The notes under the pieces are model-generated. The model did no database searches. It worked only from the letters and a program-made list of their open reading frames with translations, and was not told the DNA's origin. This document shows positions 1-12,950 of a DNA stretch of 64,000 nt, in pieces (the stretch's first letter is position 1; each line of letters opens with the position of its first letter). The DNA is taken from positions 4,424,244 through 4,488,243 of the forward strand of contig MU058463.1 of the NCBI GenBank assembly GCA_013265495.1. The letters are read 5' to 3'. The translations under genes were made by a program, and so were the position numbers. This stretch comes from Vicugna vicugna (taxonomy: Eukaryota).

Positions 1-499
1 TCCCATCTGTCATCTTTAGCCTGAAGTCTTCAGACTTTTTAGATTTTTATGAACAAATATAAATTTGTTCTGTTATAGCTCAATAATTGTCTTCTTCAGG
101 AATCTTATCTTGCTTTAAAAAAAAGTCACATAATAAATTATTTTAAAAGAAAAAAGAGGTTGAAACTAGAGAGTAAAACAGAACTCTTTTTTACTTCTAA
201 AGATTTCAGTAACTTATAGTTACATGAATAGCAACAAACTTAAGTATCACTGGACATACCTAGCATTTGATTATATACAGTTTTTGTTAAAGAGAATGGA
301 TTTTCTTTTCTTATCACTGTTAGCACTGTCATTAACACAGAGCTCATATTCACTCGTATCATCTTAATCTCCCATATTACCCATAAACAATAGAGTTTCT
401 CTGAGACACAAAGGAAGTAGCTCTGAGGCTCCTCTTCTGTGAACTTGATGTTGGCCATGTTAGGGACAGTATAGTGCCATGTCTGTTCCATAACATATT

Positions 500-1000
500 A
501 AGGATATGACATTACAATCAAATAATACCTAAGCTTTCACAGATGCAAATATTATTTTAAAAATATAGAAACTGGATCATAATGCATCCACTGTTTTGCA
601 AGTTGCTAATTTCTCTTTATATATTGTGAGTCCTTTCCATGTCAGTAAAGAACTCACTCTTTTTTTTCAAAAATAACTTCTTAGATCTCTTCCAATTCAA
701 AGCAATGTTGTAATAAACATGCTTTAAGATACTTTTTTGCTTATTTGTTTACGTATTTCTGTAACACCCCCCCCCCAGAGGAAGTAGAATTATGAGTCAC
801 ATAGTCAGCACCCATTATATTTTAATAGATATGACCAGGCTGCCATTCAAAGCTATCAATGTAGGCTTTGCAAGCAATTGTCAGAATGCCCATTTTTTAA
901 TCTCCTCTTCAAAACTGCATTTATCTTCTCCTTTTAATCTTCCTTATCTGATAAGTGAGACAGTACTGTCTTCGTTCACACTCTTAATTATCAGTATTGC
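500..1000 (-). mobile_element. Old L1 (L1ME-like) 3' fragment
   Basis: Degenerate antisense L1 3'UTR/ORF2-end wording (gtagaattatgagtcacatag, ttcaaagctatcaatg, tctgataagtgagacagtac); boundaries approximate. Confidence 0.5.
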
Positions 1001-1724
1001 CCTTTGCTCCACCACCAGCCTCCAGACAGACTCAAGCAAATACTTCTCTCCCATTTCTGATAAATGGTAGAAGAGCAAAGTCAGCCCTGAGGTTTTCAGC
1101 AAATCCAGATGTGTGCTCATTAAAGAGTGGTTGTCCTTGAGAACATGAATGATCTAAATAGCTTACCTTGTTTACCTCCTGATTCTGTCCCTTTGGTGGC
1201 ATTTCAAACATACGCCAGATCAGGGTTCAAATGCTCTCTCCCCAGTGCTCTCTGAGAAGAGTTTGAACTCTTGGTAATAACTGTCTCTAGCTAGAGGGAG
1301 AAACACTTCTTTGACTTCCTTTCTTGGTGTTTTAGTCCAATCCTTGGGAGCTTCTTTCTGTATCAGTTCCCTGTGGGAGTCACTAGAGATATATTTTGAT
1401 TCTTTCTTTTAGGCATTTGAAACCTCTGGGCTCTTGTTCCCCTTCTTCCCCCATGAGATGTGGCCATGGGGCTGCTGCTTCTTCACCTGAAGCCCTGTGA
1501 AATGGGTTCTAAGGAAGAGAGATTGGGCTAGTGCCTGACTCATGCCTGAGAAGGAGAAGCAAACTGGCTAAAGTTGTCTGTGTCTTCAAATTAGAGCAAG
1601 GAAGTGAGTTGGATTTCTATTATTAACCTCTTTAAATTCTCTAGGCTTCACCTCTTACTCCAGCCATGCAGGCTTCAATCTATTTTGGGAAGTGAAAATT
1701 AACTGTATCTTACTTTGAACCTCT

Positions 1725-2490
1725 TGCTTCCTGTGCTGGGGCTTCTCTGAGGCCATGACATGGGATGCCATAGGACTTCACTAGGCACTAACACGCATGG
1801 CTCCTGGACATACAGGGGAGTTAACACCCTGGGGACAACCTTGATCAATAGGGATGGGTGCTGCCAGGTAACTTTGTCTCCCTTTCTCCTCCTAGGTGGA
1901 TGGTTCTGAGATGAATTTCATAAGACTACTTAGAAGGTTCTGCAGGATTGAATTGCCATATCAGTGGCCAGTGCATCTGTGGTAGGTTGAAAAATGACAC
2001 CCGAAAGATGGCCATGATCTTACCCAGAAATCTGTAAATACATTACCTTTTATGGTGTAAGGAACTTTTCAGATGTGATTAAGTTAAAGATTTTGAGATG
2101 GGTAGATTATCCTGAGTTATCTGGGGGTACCAAATGTAATCCCAAGGATCTTTATAAGAAGGAGGCAGTCGAATTAGAGATAGTAGAAGGAATGATGACG
2201 GAAGAAAGAGGTTGAAGCTTTAAGGAAGATCGGCAGCATCTAGAATCTGAAAAAACAAGGGCATGGATTCCATTTTAAGGGGCTCCAAAAAAACCCCAAT
2301 ACCTTGATTTTAGCCCATAAGACCCATTTCAGACTTCCAACCTCAGGACTATAAGATAATAAATTTGTATTGTATTAAGACACAGCAGTAATAGGAAACT
2401 GATACAGCAGGGATAGGAACCTAATATAACATCTGTGTTTCATTCCCTCATCCCTCAACTCCTGTTTCTTGGGATCACATTCCTAAGAAT
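1725..2490 (+). mobile_element. LTR16-like ERVL solo LTR, split by an MLT1D insertion
   Basis: ggggagttaacaccctggggacaaccttgatcaatagggatggg before 1978 and ctcctgtttcttgggatcacattcc after 2433 match LTR16-family motifs. Confidence 0.7.
1978..2428 (+). mobile_element. MLT1D-like MaLR solo LTR
   Basis: Starts tgtggtaggttgaa; contains cagatgtgattaagttaaagattttgagatggg and gatttcagacttc-like/aataaatttgtattg motifs; near-TSD gcatc (1973-1977)/acatc (2429-2433). Confidence 0.85.
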
Positions 2491-5399
2491 CTGAAGAACC
2501 CTTGTATAAGGCACGTCTGGCCCACAAGCTAATACAATCCTCGATGAGAATGGGAACAAGGCAGCTTGAAATCAGAGCTGTGATCCTATGAGAAAAATGG
2601 TGTGCAGCAGGGAAGTGAATTCTCAGAAGTCCCTGCTGATTTTGGAACAGAGACTATCACGAGCCCATGATTGAAAGAGTATCACAGAGAGGGACGGGCA
2701 TGGAAAGACCCCAACGGCAGACGTACAGGTGCTGAAACTGGTACTCTCTTCCTGCAGAGAGAACGCTGTACAATCTTAGATGAGAAGTATGGAGGCCTGG
2801 GACATATTAGGAGGGTCTTTGCTTTGAAAGGGAAGGTTGTACCCCATAATTAGGCAAGGAAGAGATTATAAAGCTAAGAATTGAGCTACTAAAGTAGGCC
2901 TGGGAGATCTGAGGGAGTGGGGAGTGCTTGGGAGTGGGCACAAGAGAGGGTCCAGAAAGTGGAGACAAAAACTCCTCAAACTAGGAGACCCACACCTCAG
3001 AGACTTAATGACTCTGGGGAAGAGGAGTGATTGGCAGGAGATTGTGTTGGTGTTTCACCCAATGCTTTAAGCAAGAGCAGCTGCTCACCCTTATTCAGTA
3101 AGCACTACCGAAGCTTGTCCACTCTCAAGGGAAGCCATGCCTACATCTGAGGTTGAGCGATCTGGGCTGGGTGGAGTGGATGCAGTCAGCGATGCTGGGA
3201 AAAAGGAGAGTGTCTTAAAAAAACAAGTAGTGATTCTCAGTGGAAAGCTGTGAGCTCTTTCATTAGGATTTGGGTCCAACCTACATGCTCTCGGGTGGCC
3301 TACTGCTCTGAAAAACCAGATTCAGGGGTTAACTTTGTTCACATCTTCTGAGAAGGGAAGGTTGCACAGAGTGCACTAAGATGCCAGCAAATGTCACTTA
3401 CAGGAATGCAAAGCTAATAAATAAAGCAGGATGACACACACATGCACAATTACCAGGGAAGAAAACGGATAAAGAGCCTAAGCAGGGGGATTGGGGGGAC
3501 CAGCATTGGTGGGTGGTGCAGGAGGAATGTGTTTGGACTGTGACATGCGAGGAGGTCTGTGGGCCATGCAATGAAAGGAAAAGGCTTCCAAGCCTTGGGA
3601 CTCTTCTGGCTTCTACCATATAGACACTATTGAGGGCGTGGTGGCCTGTCAATGCCAGTATATTCCCATTCGTGTGGCCTGTGCCTGCAGTTGCACAGGG
3701 AGCCAAGGCGGCTGTTCTAGTATTTGGTGAGAGCAGATGTGATGGGAAAAACTGGTGCCTGCTCACCCCTGTCTGATACCCTCAGTATGGATCTCCCCCT
3801 TGTAGTGACCCAGCGCTCCCACAAGATCCAATGTCAGTCCCAACCCCATCTACAGAACACAAACAAAACCAGAAATTTAGGCCATTGACAAACGGGGACA
3901 TGGGACATGGGAGAGAAGACCCTGATGCCCTCACTTGGTGAGACTGAAGAGAAACAACTTGAGATGCCTTCTCAGAGCTGGGACACATGGAAACACAGCC
4001 GTGTGTACCATCCCTGGTGTGTGAGCCACAAAATCACATTTTTTCTGAAGTCATCTCCCCACCCCATAACTCACACTGCTATTTTAAAAAATTTGAATAT
4101 TCTACTTCAAATTTGATTTCTAAAGAAGACCCAGAATATGGGTGTCACCAAGACTTTCAGCATTTGCCTTGCTCTTTGACACCAGAGCACACGTTATCTC
4201 TGTAATCACAGTATCAGCAAATGTTATCTAGCAGTTTGTAAGTGGTGCCAAAACCATAGCTTTCCGCTCCCGTACCTTGACTTGAAGTATGGTTAGTAGG
4301 TAATCTCTAAAAGATCAGATGGGCTGCTTCTTGACAGAGCTCATCTGAATTTGAGTGACAGAAGTACAGGCAGAAAAAGTCAAAGATTATTTTGCAATTA
4401 CTAGCAATTTATGAGTGTTTAATCTAATACTGCATTGAATGGAGATTTACTTTGCTATTTTAAAATTGCTGTCATATACAAGCCTAGAAATACATCTGGC
4501 CCAACTTCAGAAAATTCACGCTGAAGACATTAGAGCAGGTAGCTGTGCAGTTGTTGAATTTAAGTCCTGTCTTGATCAGGGGAGAGAGGAGGCCTGCCTC
4601 CAGCATGATCTGCTATAGAAAGGCAGGTAAGTGGGAATTGCTTCTGAGTAATCCCACAGATGGTTCACTGTCTCTGTGTATCTTTCAGTGTCATATGATT
4701 CACTAAGCTGGTAGTGAAAATATTAGGAAAATGCTGTGCTTGGAAAATTCTCTATATCTACTTATTTTTGTTATTTAAATAGGTAAAGTAATTAGGCTGC
4801 TATTAGAGGTAACTGGCTTTCTAATCTCAATCTGTCAAAATTAACCTCCTTTATGTTATCCAAACATACACATAAATATAAACCTACCAAAAATATTTTT
4901 AACTAATTAAAAATTAGCTAACCATTTTTAAATTAGTTATTTTAAAACTAAAAGCCCCACCCCCCATTCCCGCCAAGAGTGAATACAAACTTGCATATTA
5001 GGTCTTAAAGAGAGTTTACAAAAGACCCCTCAGATCTCAGTGAGGTCTCAAACCGCAAGAGAGAATTTTTTAAACCCCAAATTCATCTAGCCTTATAAGC
5101 ATTTAGGAAAAAAAATAATTTTGGGAATTTCCGTGTAAGACACTATTATTCTCATATTGCATTTTGCTTGTATTTTTAGACATGGCAGGTGTGGTGAGGT
5201 ATGGGAGAAAGTAAATGTTTTTAAACTGCATGAAAAGGTTTTGTGGAGGGAAAGGAAGGGAATTTTTACTTTGAAGACTGCTTTTAGATTTCCTCCAAAT
5301 GTAGCTCCAAGACTTTAGAGATAAATGAACATAACTGGAAACACAGAAAGTGAGGCCCTGTTAACTAACCCTCTACAGAGAGGTAACACTCTTCTTCCC

Positions 5400-5720
5400 C
5401 TATTAAGGCACCTTGGTTGCGAGCAACAGATAGCAACTCTTTCTGACATAAGCATATACAGACTTTGTGGGGAGGCTTCTTGAGAGTTCACACATCCCAA
5501 GGAATTGCTAAATCACGAGACTGTGGAAGGACAGGAGCTAGAACAACTCCAGGGAATTGTCAGGAATCCACTGACAGTGTCTTTTCTGGATAATATCGTT
5601 GGAAAAACTCAGCCCCAATGGCTTCCATCTGTTTTTCACCCTGTTGGAGATAGATGAAGCCTCCCAGGAAACACAGTCCAATTGGTCTGGCCTGGGTCAC
5701 ATGCCCTTTTTTCAGCAACC
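5400..5720 (-). mobile_element. Old MLT1-family (MLT1M/N/O-like) LTR fragment
   Basis: ttggttgcgagcaacagatagcaactc and ccaattggtctggcctgggtcacatgccc are typical antisense old-MLT1 motifs. Confidence 0.55.
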
Positions 5721-6564
5721 TTGAGATAGCCTCAAGGGACCAGAAGAATGGGAAGGCGTTTGGTCTTCCAAAGGGAAAGCAGAGGTTGTCACCAAGAGAA
5801 GATCATCCAATGGAGGTTCATTTCCTGCTGCCCCTTGGGCCTCACCATCTAACACAAATTCACCAGGAATGCAGGTGCAAAGATAATATTCAGATTAAAA
5901 ATCTGGTTCCTTGACATGCTTTTAATGTTCTCCTTTGGCTATTTTTGTATAGATTCTCAGTGTATGGAATGTTCTGGTGGGAAAGGTGCTGAGTTGAAAG
6001 AAAAGCACAGATTAGGAAAGCTGGGTGGTCAAAGCCTGCTGGCAGTGATGTGACACCTCTTTCTTCTTTCTCAGATGTGCCTCCCTCATTGTTAGAAGAA
6101 TTAAAAAATAAAACAAGTCCAATCTACTTTCTGTTTATTTTACACCCATAATTACAATAATAGCATGCTCTATAATTCATGCAGATTATCTGCAAATCTT
6201 AGTAAGAGTAACTGGAAACCAATGCAATCAACGTGCTATATATGCTTACCTCAACGCTGGGAATTACCATGTATTTAAATGTAATGACATAAACTGCTCC
6301 TATCTGATTATAGTAGCATAATGAGATGGTTTCTATATCCGACATGCATTTAATTAAAAGAATGTGTCGATGGTGGGGATATAGGAAATGATTTAGATAA
6401 TAAATGATGAGCACTGACTTTACAAACAACTTTATTTTTTTATATTCTCATCTTTTCTCCATTCTATCCAGAATTCTGAGGTATTTGTCTTATGTAAACA
6501 ATAGTCTTTCACAATATTTGTATTTCTTTTGGGAAAAGTCCTCACAATTTGACTGATTTATAGG

Positions 6565-6737
6565 CAGAGGTGGATTTACTTTAAGGCAAATGAAGCTTTA
6601 GTTTCGGTACCCCTCACCTATCTGGGCTCCTTCCAACTCCCTGTATCTAACTTTGCACTTTTGTGGATTCTTTTTCCTTGGCAGGTAATTCCTCAAATTG
6701 TATCACTTTCAGCTCCAGAAAACCTTGATCTACCCTG
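6565..6737 (+). mobile_element. Arthur1A/MER69A-like hAT-Tip100 MITE
   Basis: Imperfect TIRs cagaggtggattt ... gatctaccctg; internal aatgaagcttta, ggctccttccaa and caaattgtatc motifs; about 173 bp. Confidence 0.75.
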
Positions 6738-7479
6738 CTCGTAGATTTTATGTACGTCACCAACCCAGCGTTAGCCATCCCATGGCCACACCCTGATTCT
6801 GTTTCAAGCTGTATCAAACCAGATTTGGAACATTGTACATTTAATGGTTTTGTCAAGAAATCCAAAGAATACCAAGGATTTTTTTGATGTATTTTTTTAG
6901 TAGTGTTTACTGAAGATTATGGAGTTGGGGAATATTGGATAGGATTGAGTAGGAGTGGGAGTCCCACTTTGTGTAACCTAGAGCATTAAAAAAACATGTC
7001 ATATTAGATACTTATGTTAACTGGACTTCTTTCTTGGCTTTGCTCTACCGAGACTCTGATGCTGTTTCCTTTTTCTGACCTCTGCTTCTCTGTATCCTTT
7101 CTTCTTTTGACTGTTCCCAGGGGTCTTCAAGCTCCTTTGCCCTCTATTAGGACAGATTATCTGTCTAGATCCAGCTCTTGCACCACTCCTACCCCTGGCT
7201 TCTGGCTCAGCCATCCCAGGACCTGGGCATATACGGCCACATTTATCTGGCTTCTGATTCTTAGAAAACTCCTTAGTGAAAATCTTTTACTTGAGTTTGT
7301 CCTCTGGTGTCTCAAATCTCACTAAAATGACTCTTCAAAGTATATTGTTTTCCAAAAATGCACAGCGCTTGCCCCAAGAGGAATTTTGAGAACTGAAATA
7401 TTCTCTACCTCCATCTTTTTACATGTGTGCCTTCACATTTGAACTCTGTTTAAGTGAAAAACACTTGGGATTGCATGAT

Positions 7480-7580
7480 TTGCTGCTGGATTCCTGTCTT
7501 GTCTCTTTATAGCATAACCTAGTAGCAGTAGCTCATAGTAGAGGCTGAATAAACGAATGCTGAATGCTTATTGAATGAAA
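7480..7580 (+). mobile_element. L2 3' end fragment
   Basis: catagtagaggctgaataaacgaatgctgaatg tail. Confidence 0.55.
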
Positions 7581-10480
7581 TTATCATATTACTAAGAGGT
7601 GGCATTATTGGCATCTGCTTTTTAGTATGGCTTGATACAGAAGCTGCAGGAAACACACAATGATGGAGCCTTTTCTCCAGAGGGTTTACCAAATCTGCAT
7701 AGAGTCTATTTACATACTAGTCTATTTACAACCTAAGTGATTAATAACCGGGGCATTTTTGAACTAGTCTTACTATTGATGTGTCTGCCTTCATATCATT
7801 TTATAAGCAATGCTTTTATAGGCCTTGGAATTTGCACAGAAAAGCAATCTAACTTTTAGGGGGCTTTTTTTTTATATTGCACATGAGGAAATACAGAGAC
7901 AGAATATGTAAAATAATAAAGAATAAACTTACGACAAAGACAAAAGCTAACAAATCTTTTTGTTCCTTTCAAATATTCTGAGTCCTAGTGAATATTATCG
8001 TACAGAGAAAAGCAATTTTCAAAACAGCAGCTGAAGAAACAAGGTATTTTTAGCTTCCTAAAATGACTTTTTATGTTACAGGGCTCCTGGCTTGAAATAA
8101 CTTATATTTCCCTTATAATTAGTTCTAGTTCTCTCCTCAAAGAGGAGACATATTTTCTGGTTTCACAAACTTGTCCCTTTAGTATCTCCTATCATTGTTG
8201 TCTCATCCTTGAAGTTGAATGGGGCCAACTCTTTGATTCAGGTTAGTATGAATGCACAAGTCAGGGATGAAGCTTCCGGCTGATGTGCCCTGGGATTCTA
8301 TCAGTCATGTCTTACAAGCCACTTAATGAAAGTGTTATTATCATGCTACTGGAAGACCTCACTGAGGCTATTGAAGGGATGAATAAATGGACCCACCTAA
8401 TATTTTAGTTGCAATCTTACTAGCAACCATTTCCTTAAATAAGCTTCCAAGGCTAGTTATCTACTCTTATTAGAGTCTAGTATCATTATTCATTATCATT
8501 ATTATTAATGACAACATTAACACCAGAATTTTCCATGATTAAGTCATGACTGGGGAACTTTTTTGGTTCAGCAGATCTTACAAGGTATGAGATTTAACAG
8601 AATACAATTGCAATTAAAGAAAAGCATACACATTTTTCTTTCTTTAACACGTTCCTAGGACACTATTGCAACTCCATCTCCCATTCCTTCTTAAGAAGTT
8701 AATCATTATACTTTTTCTTAGCATAGACAGGAACTGAAAATATGAACCTAAAATATTTTTAGGGACAGATTGACAGGAACTGGATTTAGTATTAGGAGAC
8801 ATTGTTAGTTTATGACAATATGTTCCTTTAAAAAGTACACATAGCCTGGGACTTCTGTAAGAATTCATTTTATAAATTCAAAAGTAAAAAAAAATCAAGC
8901 ATATGAAGAATTCTCCCTTACCTTTCTTTTTGGTTATTATAATGCTTAAAAATTGAGAGCAGCCTTCATTTATTGCTCAACATTTTGATGTAGCCATAGA
9001 GGTATCATTGATTTCCAATTTTCAGGAAAACCATTCTTGCTGGTGGAAGCCCAAATCTATTCATTTATTACTGTGTGTACTCAAGGGAGGAAGATGAGCC
9101 CATTGATCCAGCGGTGCACGAGCTGGTAAATATTTAATGTTTATTCCCATCACTGAAATTATTTCCAGTTTGAATATTGACAGTCATTCGCATGCATGGA
9201 CTGGCATGTCCTATAGTACATGACATAGTCTCCAGAGGGCTACAGTTCATTTCATCTTTGTAGACGGACTTACTTGCCATCTAGTAGTTTTGCAATTTTA
9301 TTTTCCAGCTGGCTGTCCTACAGTCCAGATTTGAAGTTCAGTTAATCTTGATGTCTTTTGGTGGTAGGATTGTATAAAGGACACTTGATCTCTACTCTTT
9401 CTCATCATTTGAGCATTATTAAAACATCCTCAAGTGTACTTGAGAATTATTGACCTTTATAATGACCATAACACCTGTGTCTTCTTGTGCTGTTTCTTAC
9501 TAGAGATAATTTGCTGCACCAAGGGAAAGATTCTGCTTTGAGATTTTCACCACGGCAAGAAATACTTTGCTTCAGGCCACTGAGGTTATTCATATTTAAG
9601 TGTTTAAGAATTGGCTTTTATTTTGAGATCCTTGGAGATCCACCCAGCCTCAGGCTTTGAAGCCATTGTCATATTCCCAGCCATCATATATACCTCCTGG
9701 CCCCTTCAAGGGTGCGTGGATACCTAGAAGCAGTGGAAACAGTTCTCCTGAAAACCCATGTCCTGTTGGACTGGTTCTGGTGAGCTTGAATTTTGACTTC
9801 AAGATCAAAGGCTTTTTGTCCTTTGTGTTGATTTCCTGCCTTTTGACAGGGTTTGACGTTTGGCTTCTATCTCTTGAGCCTTTGAACCTCATTTTTCCTC
9901 AGTGGTTTTTGGTCAGTGGTGCCTCTGCTTCTGGGTATTCACTGTCTCCGCAGTTCCCATTCAAGCCTGGGGATTGGATCCTGATCTTACCCAAATACAT
10001 GATCATCATCCCAGTTGAGTTAGAGCAGCAGACTGTTCCAGAGGAAAAAAATCATATGTTATTTGACTGTTTCTATGTTCTTTACAACAAAACAGGTATA
10101 AGAGTCTTGCTTTTTGGATAGGGGCTCCAGATGTTCTGTACCATTGTAACACTGCTTGTACTTCCATTTTTTAAATTGTGAATTCATATTGACTACAGCT
10201 TATTCATTAAAAATCACACATTCCACCAGCTTCTCTTCAAAATTCGTTCTTTGGGGGAGGCTCATGAGAGTCTGAGAGAAGTAGGGTCTTAAAAAAATTG
10301 TTGGCTAGTCATAATTATGAAATGGATAGAAAATTGGAAAACAGTATAATAATCTACCTATTATATGATTAATTTATCAAGGCACTGTTAAAGAAAAGTG
10401 ACCTTTTCTTAAGTTCTATTAAGGGATTGTTAAGTACTCTAGAAGACAATGTTTTGTTTAAAAAATAAGGGGGGGGGGTG

Positions 10481-10662
10481 GTCCTGGAGGCAGACTGCCT
10501 GAGTTTTAAACCTGGCTCTGTGTGATCTTGGACAAGTCACTTAATTTGAGGGAACTTGATTTCCTCATCTCTAAAATGACAGTGTTTTGTGTATAAAATG
10601 AGACAGTGTATGAAGTGCTTAGTGTGGGTCTTGTTCATGATAAGATCTAAATAAATGTTATA
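10481..10662 (+). mobile_element. MIR SINE
   Basis: ctggaggcagactgcctgagttt, tgtgtgatcttggacaagtcacttaa, ttcctcatctctaaaatg core and aataaatgtt tail. Confidence 0.85.
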
Positions 10663-10671
10663 ATGATACAT

Positions 10672-11150
10672 ATTTAGATCAGAGAGCTTTCATCTAAAAT
10701 TAACAGTAATTTGACTCAAACTGGCTTAAACTCTAAGGAAATTTACTTTCTCATCTAACAGGAAGATCAGTGGCAGGACACTGGTTACTGCCTTTAAGGT
10801 GTGGTTGAGTCCACAGCTCAATGATGTTATAGATTCATTTTCTTTCCATCTGTGATCTGCAATTCTTAGCGTTGGCTTCATACATAGACAGTAACATGGC
10901 CATAGTTGTTTCTGGACATGAAAAAAAATCAGTAGAACAGGGAAGCTATTCGACCTCTTTAAACAGGATGCTTTTCCCAGAAGTTCCCTAGAAAACACCT
11001 TTTCCATTTTCTTTGTTGAGTCAAAAGCCGGTTATTGAACCAATCACTAACAAAGGAAATGACATTCCCGTTTGACTAATAAGATCTAAATCTACTTCTG
11101 GGTCTAAAGTTGGGTCAGCTTTCTTTAAGGAAAGAGGTGCATTTTCCAAC
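10672..11150 (-). mobile_element. MLT1J/K-like MaLR LTR
   Basis: gactcaaactggcttaaac, cagctcaatgatgttata, ttcccagaagttccc and gaaccaatcact motifs. Confidence 0.65.
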
Positions 11151-11671
11151 ATTGTGTGAACAAACTCAGCGACGTAAGAACTTCTTCAGAGATCGGTGTT
11201 AAATGTATTAAAGAGCGATCTGTACTCTTAGGAAATGTGTCATGTTGACATCACTGAGGGAAAAGCAGAAAGAGATAAATCTTCCTTACTAACCCTTAGG
11301 ATGATTTTCAGAATTTCAATTTTTCTAGAATAAAGAAGTTCAATATGGAATTTTGACACTTGTCACACTTAAAATAGGATTATTAGTAAAATGTTGATTC
11401 TTCATTATCAATTTTTCAATTACATAATTCCAATCTAATTGGCCTGAGTATTTCACGTTCTTTTGATCTCATCCTTAATACACCCATGCAGGAAGGCAGG
11501 GAAAATATTAACATCTTTATTTCACAAAGGTGACCAGAGATAGGAAGGTAAAGGGACAGTACTTAACGTCTTCCTCCTGACACTGAATTTAGCCTTTTCA
11601 TAATATCTTGTACTATGCGTCTATTATTTTCCTTGATGTTCTGACTCCTTAACTAGAGGATATACTTTTAA

Positions 11672-12950
11672 GGTAAGGAACATAATGAAATAAAATTCAT
11701 ATTTTAAAGCAAGACAAGAAAAATTTAAAACAAAAAATTTTCTCTGCCCATCTGGACCTCTTTCCTCCCCTCCAGTGTGTACTGTGCATCTGCCTTATGT
11801 GTTACCCAGACATCCTTAGTGGTGGAAATGCCTTCTCAACCATAAAAGTTATCTTTTCTTCTTCTGGCACTAGCCACGTAACTCCTTAGAAGATAACATT
11901 CCTTTCACAATCCTGGAAGGGGTCATGATGACCCACCACTCGTGGTTGTATGTGCGGACATTTTTGGTGAACTTTATGTACAATGCCAGTGTATCATTTC
12001 CCTGAAAGATAACGAATGGTATGGAACATCCTGGGCTGCACCTAATGGAAGTTCTTAGCTTAAATATTTACTTATGACCCCATTAATGTTACTAGCCATA
12101 TTACTTGTATTCTGCCTACTTTACAAGATTATTATTTCACAGATTACCAAATGTGTGACTGAAACTCCAATAAGAACACTGATGATTAGGTGACTTGAAA
12201 TGATTGACCAAATATAGTTCTCTAAGATCAGTGATTGTAATAGTTTAGATACAGGAAGACGCAAGAGAGAACCATGTCCTGGACCATAACAGATTAGTAA
12301 AACAGGCAGTTCTGAGACTTTTGGTAACTGTTAACAGGGCCTAGTCCAGCAATAGCACATTGAGTGGCCTCAGTGAAATCTTTGCCTGACACTGGGAATT
12401 AGCATTCCTAGCACCATGGGATAAATTGGTCACGAAATGCCTCCCAAACCTTAGCTGAAATTAAAACCAAAAGGGAGGGGATTAAAAATAGAGAATGTTG
12501 CCCATCATTCAGTTCTTAAGAATCAGGTCATTATCCACTGCAGACACTGACCCACAGTCCACCCTGAAAGGAATTTAGGACAAAGATCAGGACGAGGCAC
12601 TTTGCGCTCTGGGAAAACTGGCAGAACTGGCCCTGAGAGATTTAGATATTTTCAGGAGAGAAGTTTTTATGAACCTGGATTCTTGCATCTCCCCATACTT
12701 AGAAACGCACTAAAACTATTAACTAAACTATCTGTTCCTTGTGAATAACAGTGACCTTCTCCCAAGCTGTGTGCTTGATTGCATGCATCCCTTCACCAAA
12801 ATCACATGTATGCTGGCTTCCCCCTACCCGCTTTGGATAAGCCCTCGGGGCTTTCTGAAAAACTGACTCTCAGGTTACAATCCTCAGGTTGGCTCCAGTA
12901 AAATTCTATATTTCTTTCCTAGATTGACTACTAGTTAATTTCTGTAGACA
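11672..12950 (+). mobile_element. Composite ERV1-class element: 5' LTR-like segment, env remnant, PPT and 3' LTR, inserted into an L2 3' end
   Basis: env-like frame at 11921-12217; PPT aaaagggagggg at 12469-12480; LTR ends ...tgtagaca at 12950; the flanks join to an L2 tail; TSD not clear. Confidence 0.7.
11921..12217 (+). pseudogene. Decayed retroviral env remnant
   Basis: Frame reads GHDDPPLVVVCADIFGELYVQCQCIISLKDNEWYGTSWAAPNGSS*LKYLLMTPLMLLAILLVFCLLYKIIISQITKCVTETPIRTLMIR*LEMIDQI*: an APNG motif, then a hydrophobic anchor and short tail, upstream of a PPT. Confidence 0.6.

Noticed and set aside
4615..4635. Consensus donor cag|gtaagt
   Set aside because: No convincing upstream acceptor or promoter to define an exon
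7703..7730. 12-bp direct repeat agtctatttaca
   Set aside because: Only two copies; ordinary slippage duplication, not an array
9270..9292. CTCF-like motif on the minus strand (ctactagatggcaa); a weaker one lies near 43022
   Set aside because: Partial matches are frequent by chance and there is no supporting evidence
9657..10121. Longest ORF (154 aa)
   Set aside because: Starts at TTG, has no recognisable domain or exon structure; consistent with a chance frame
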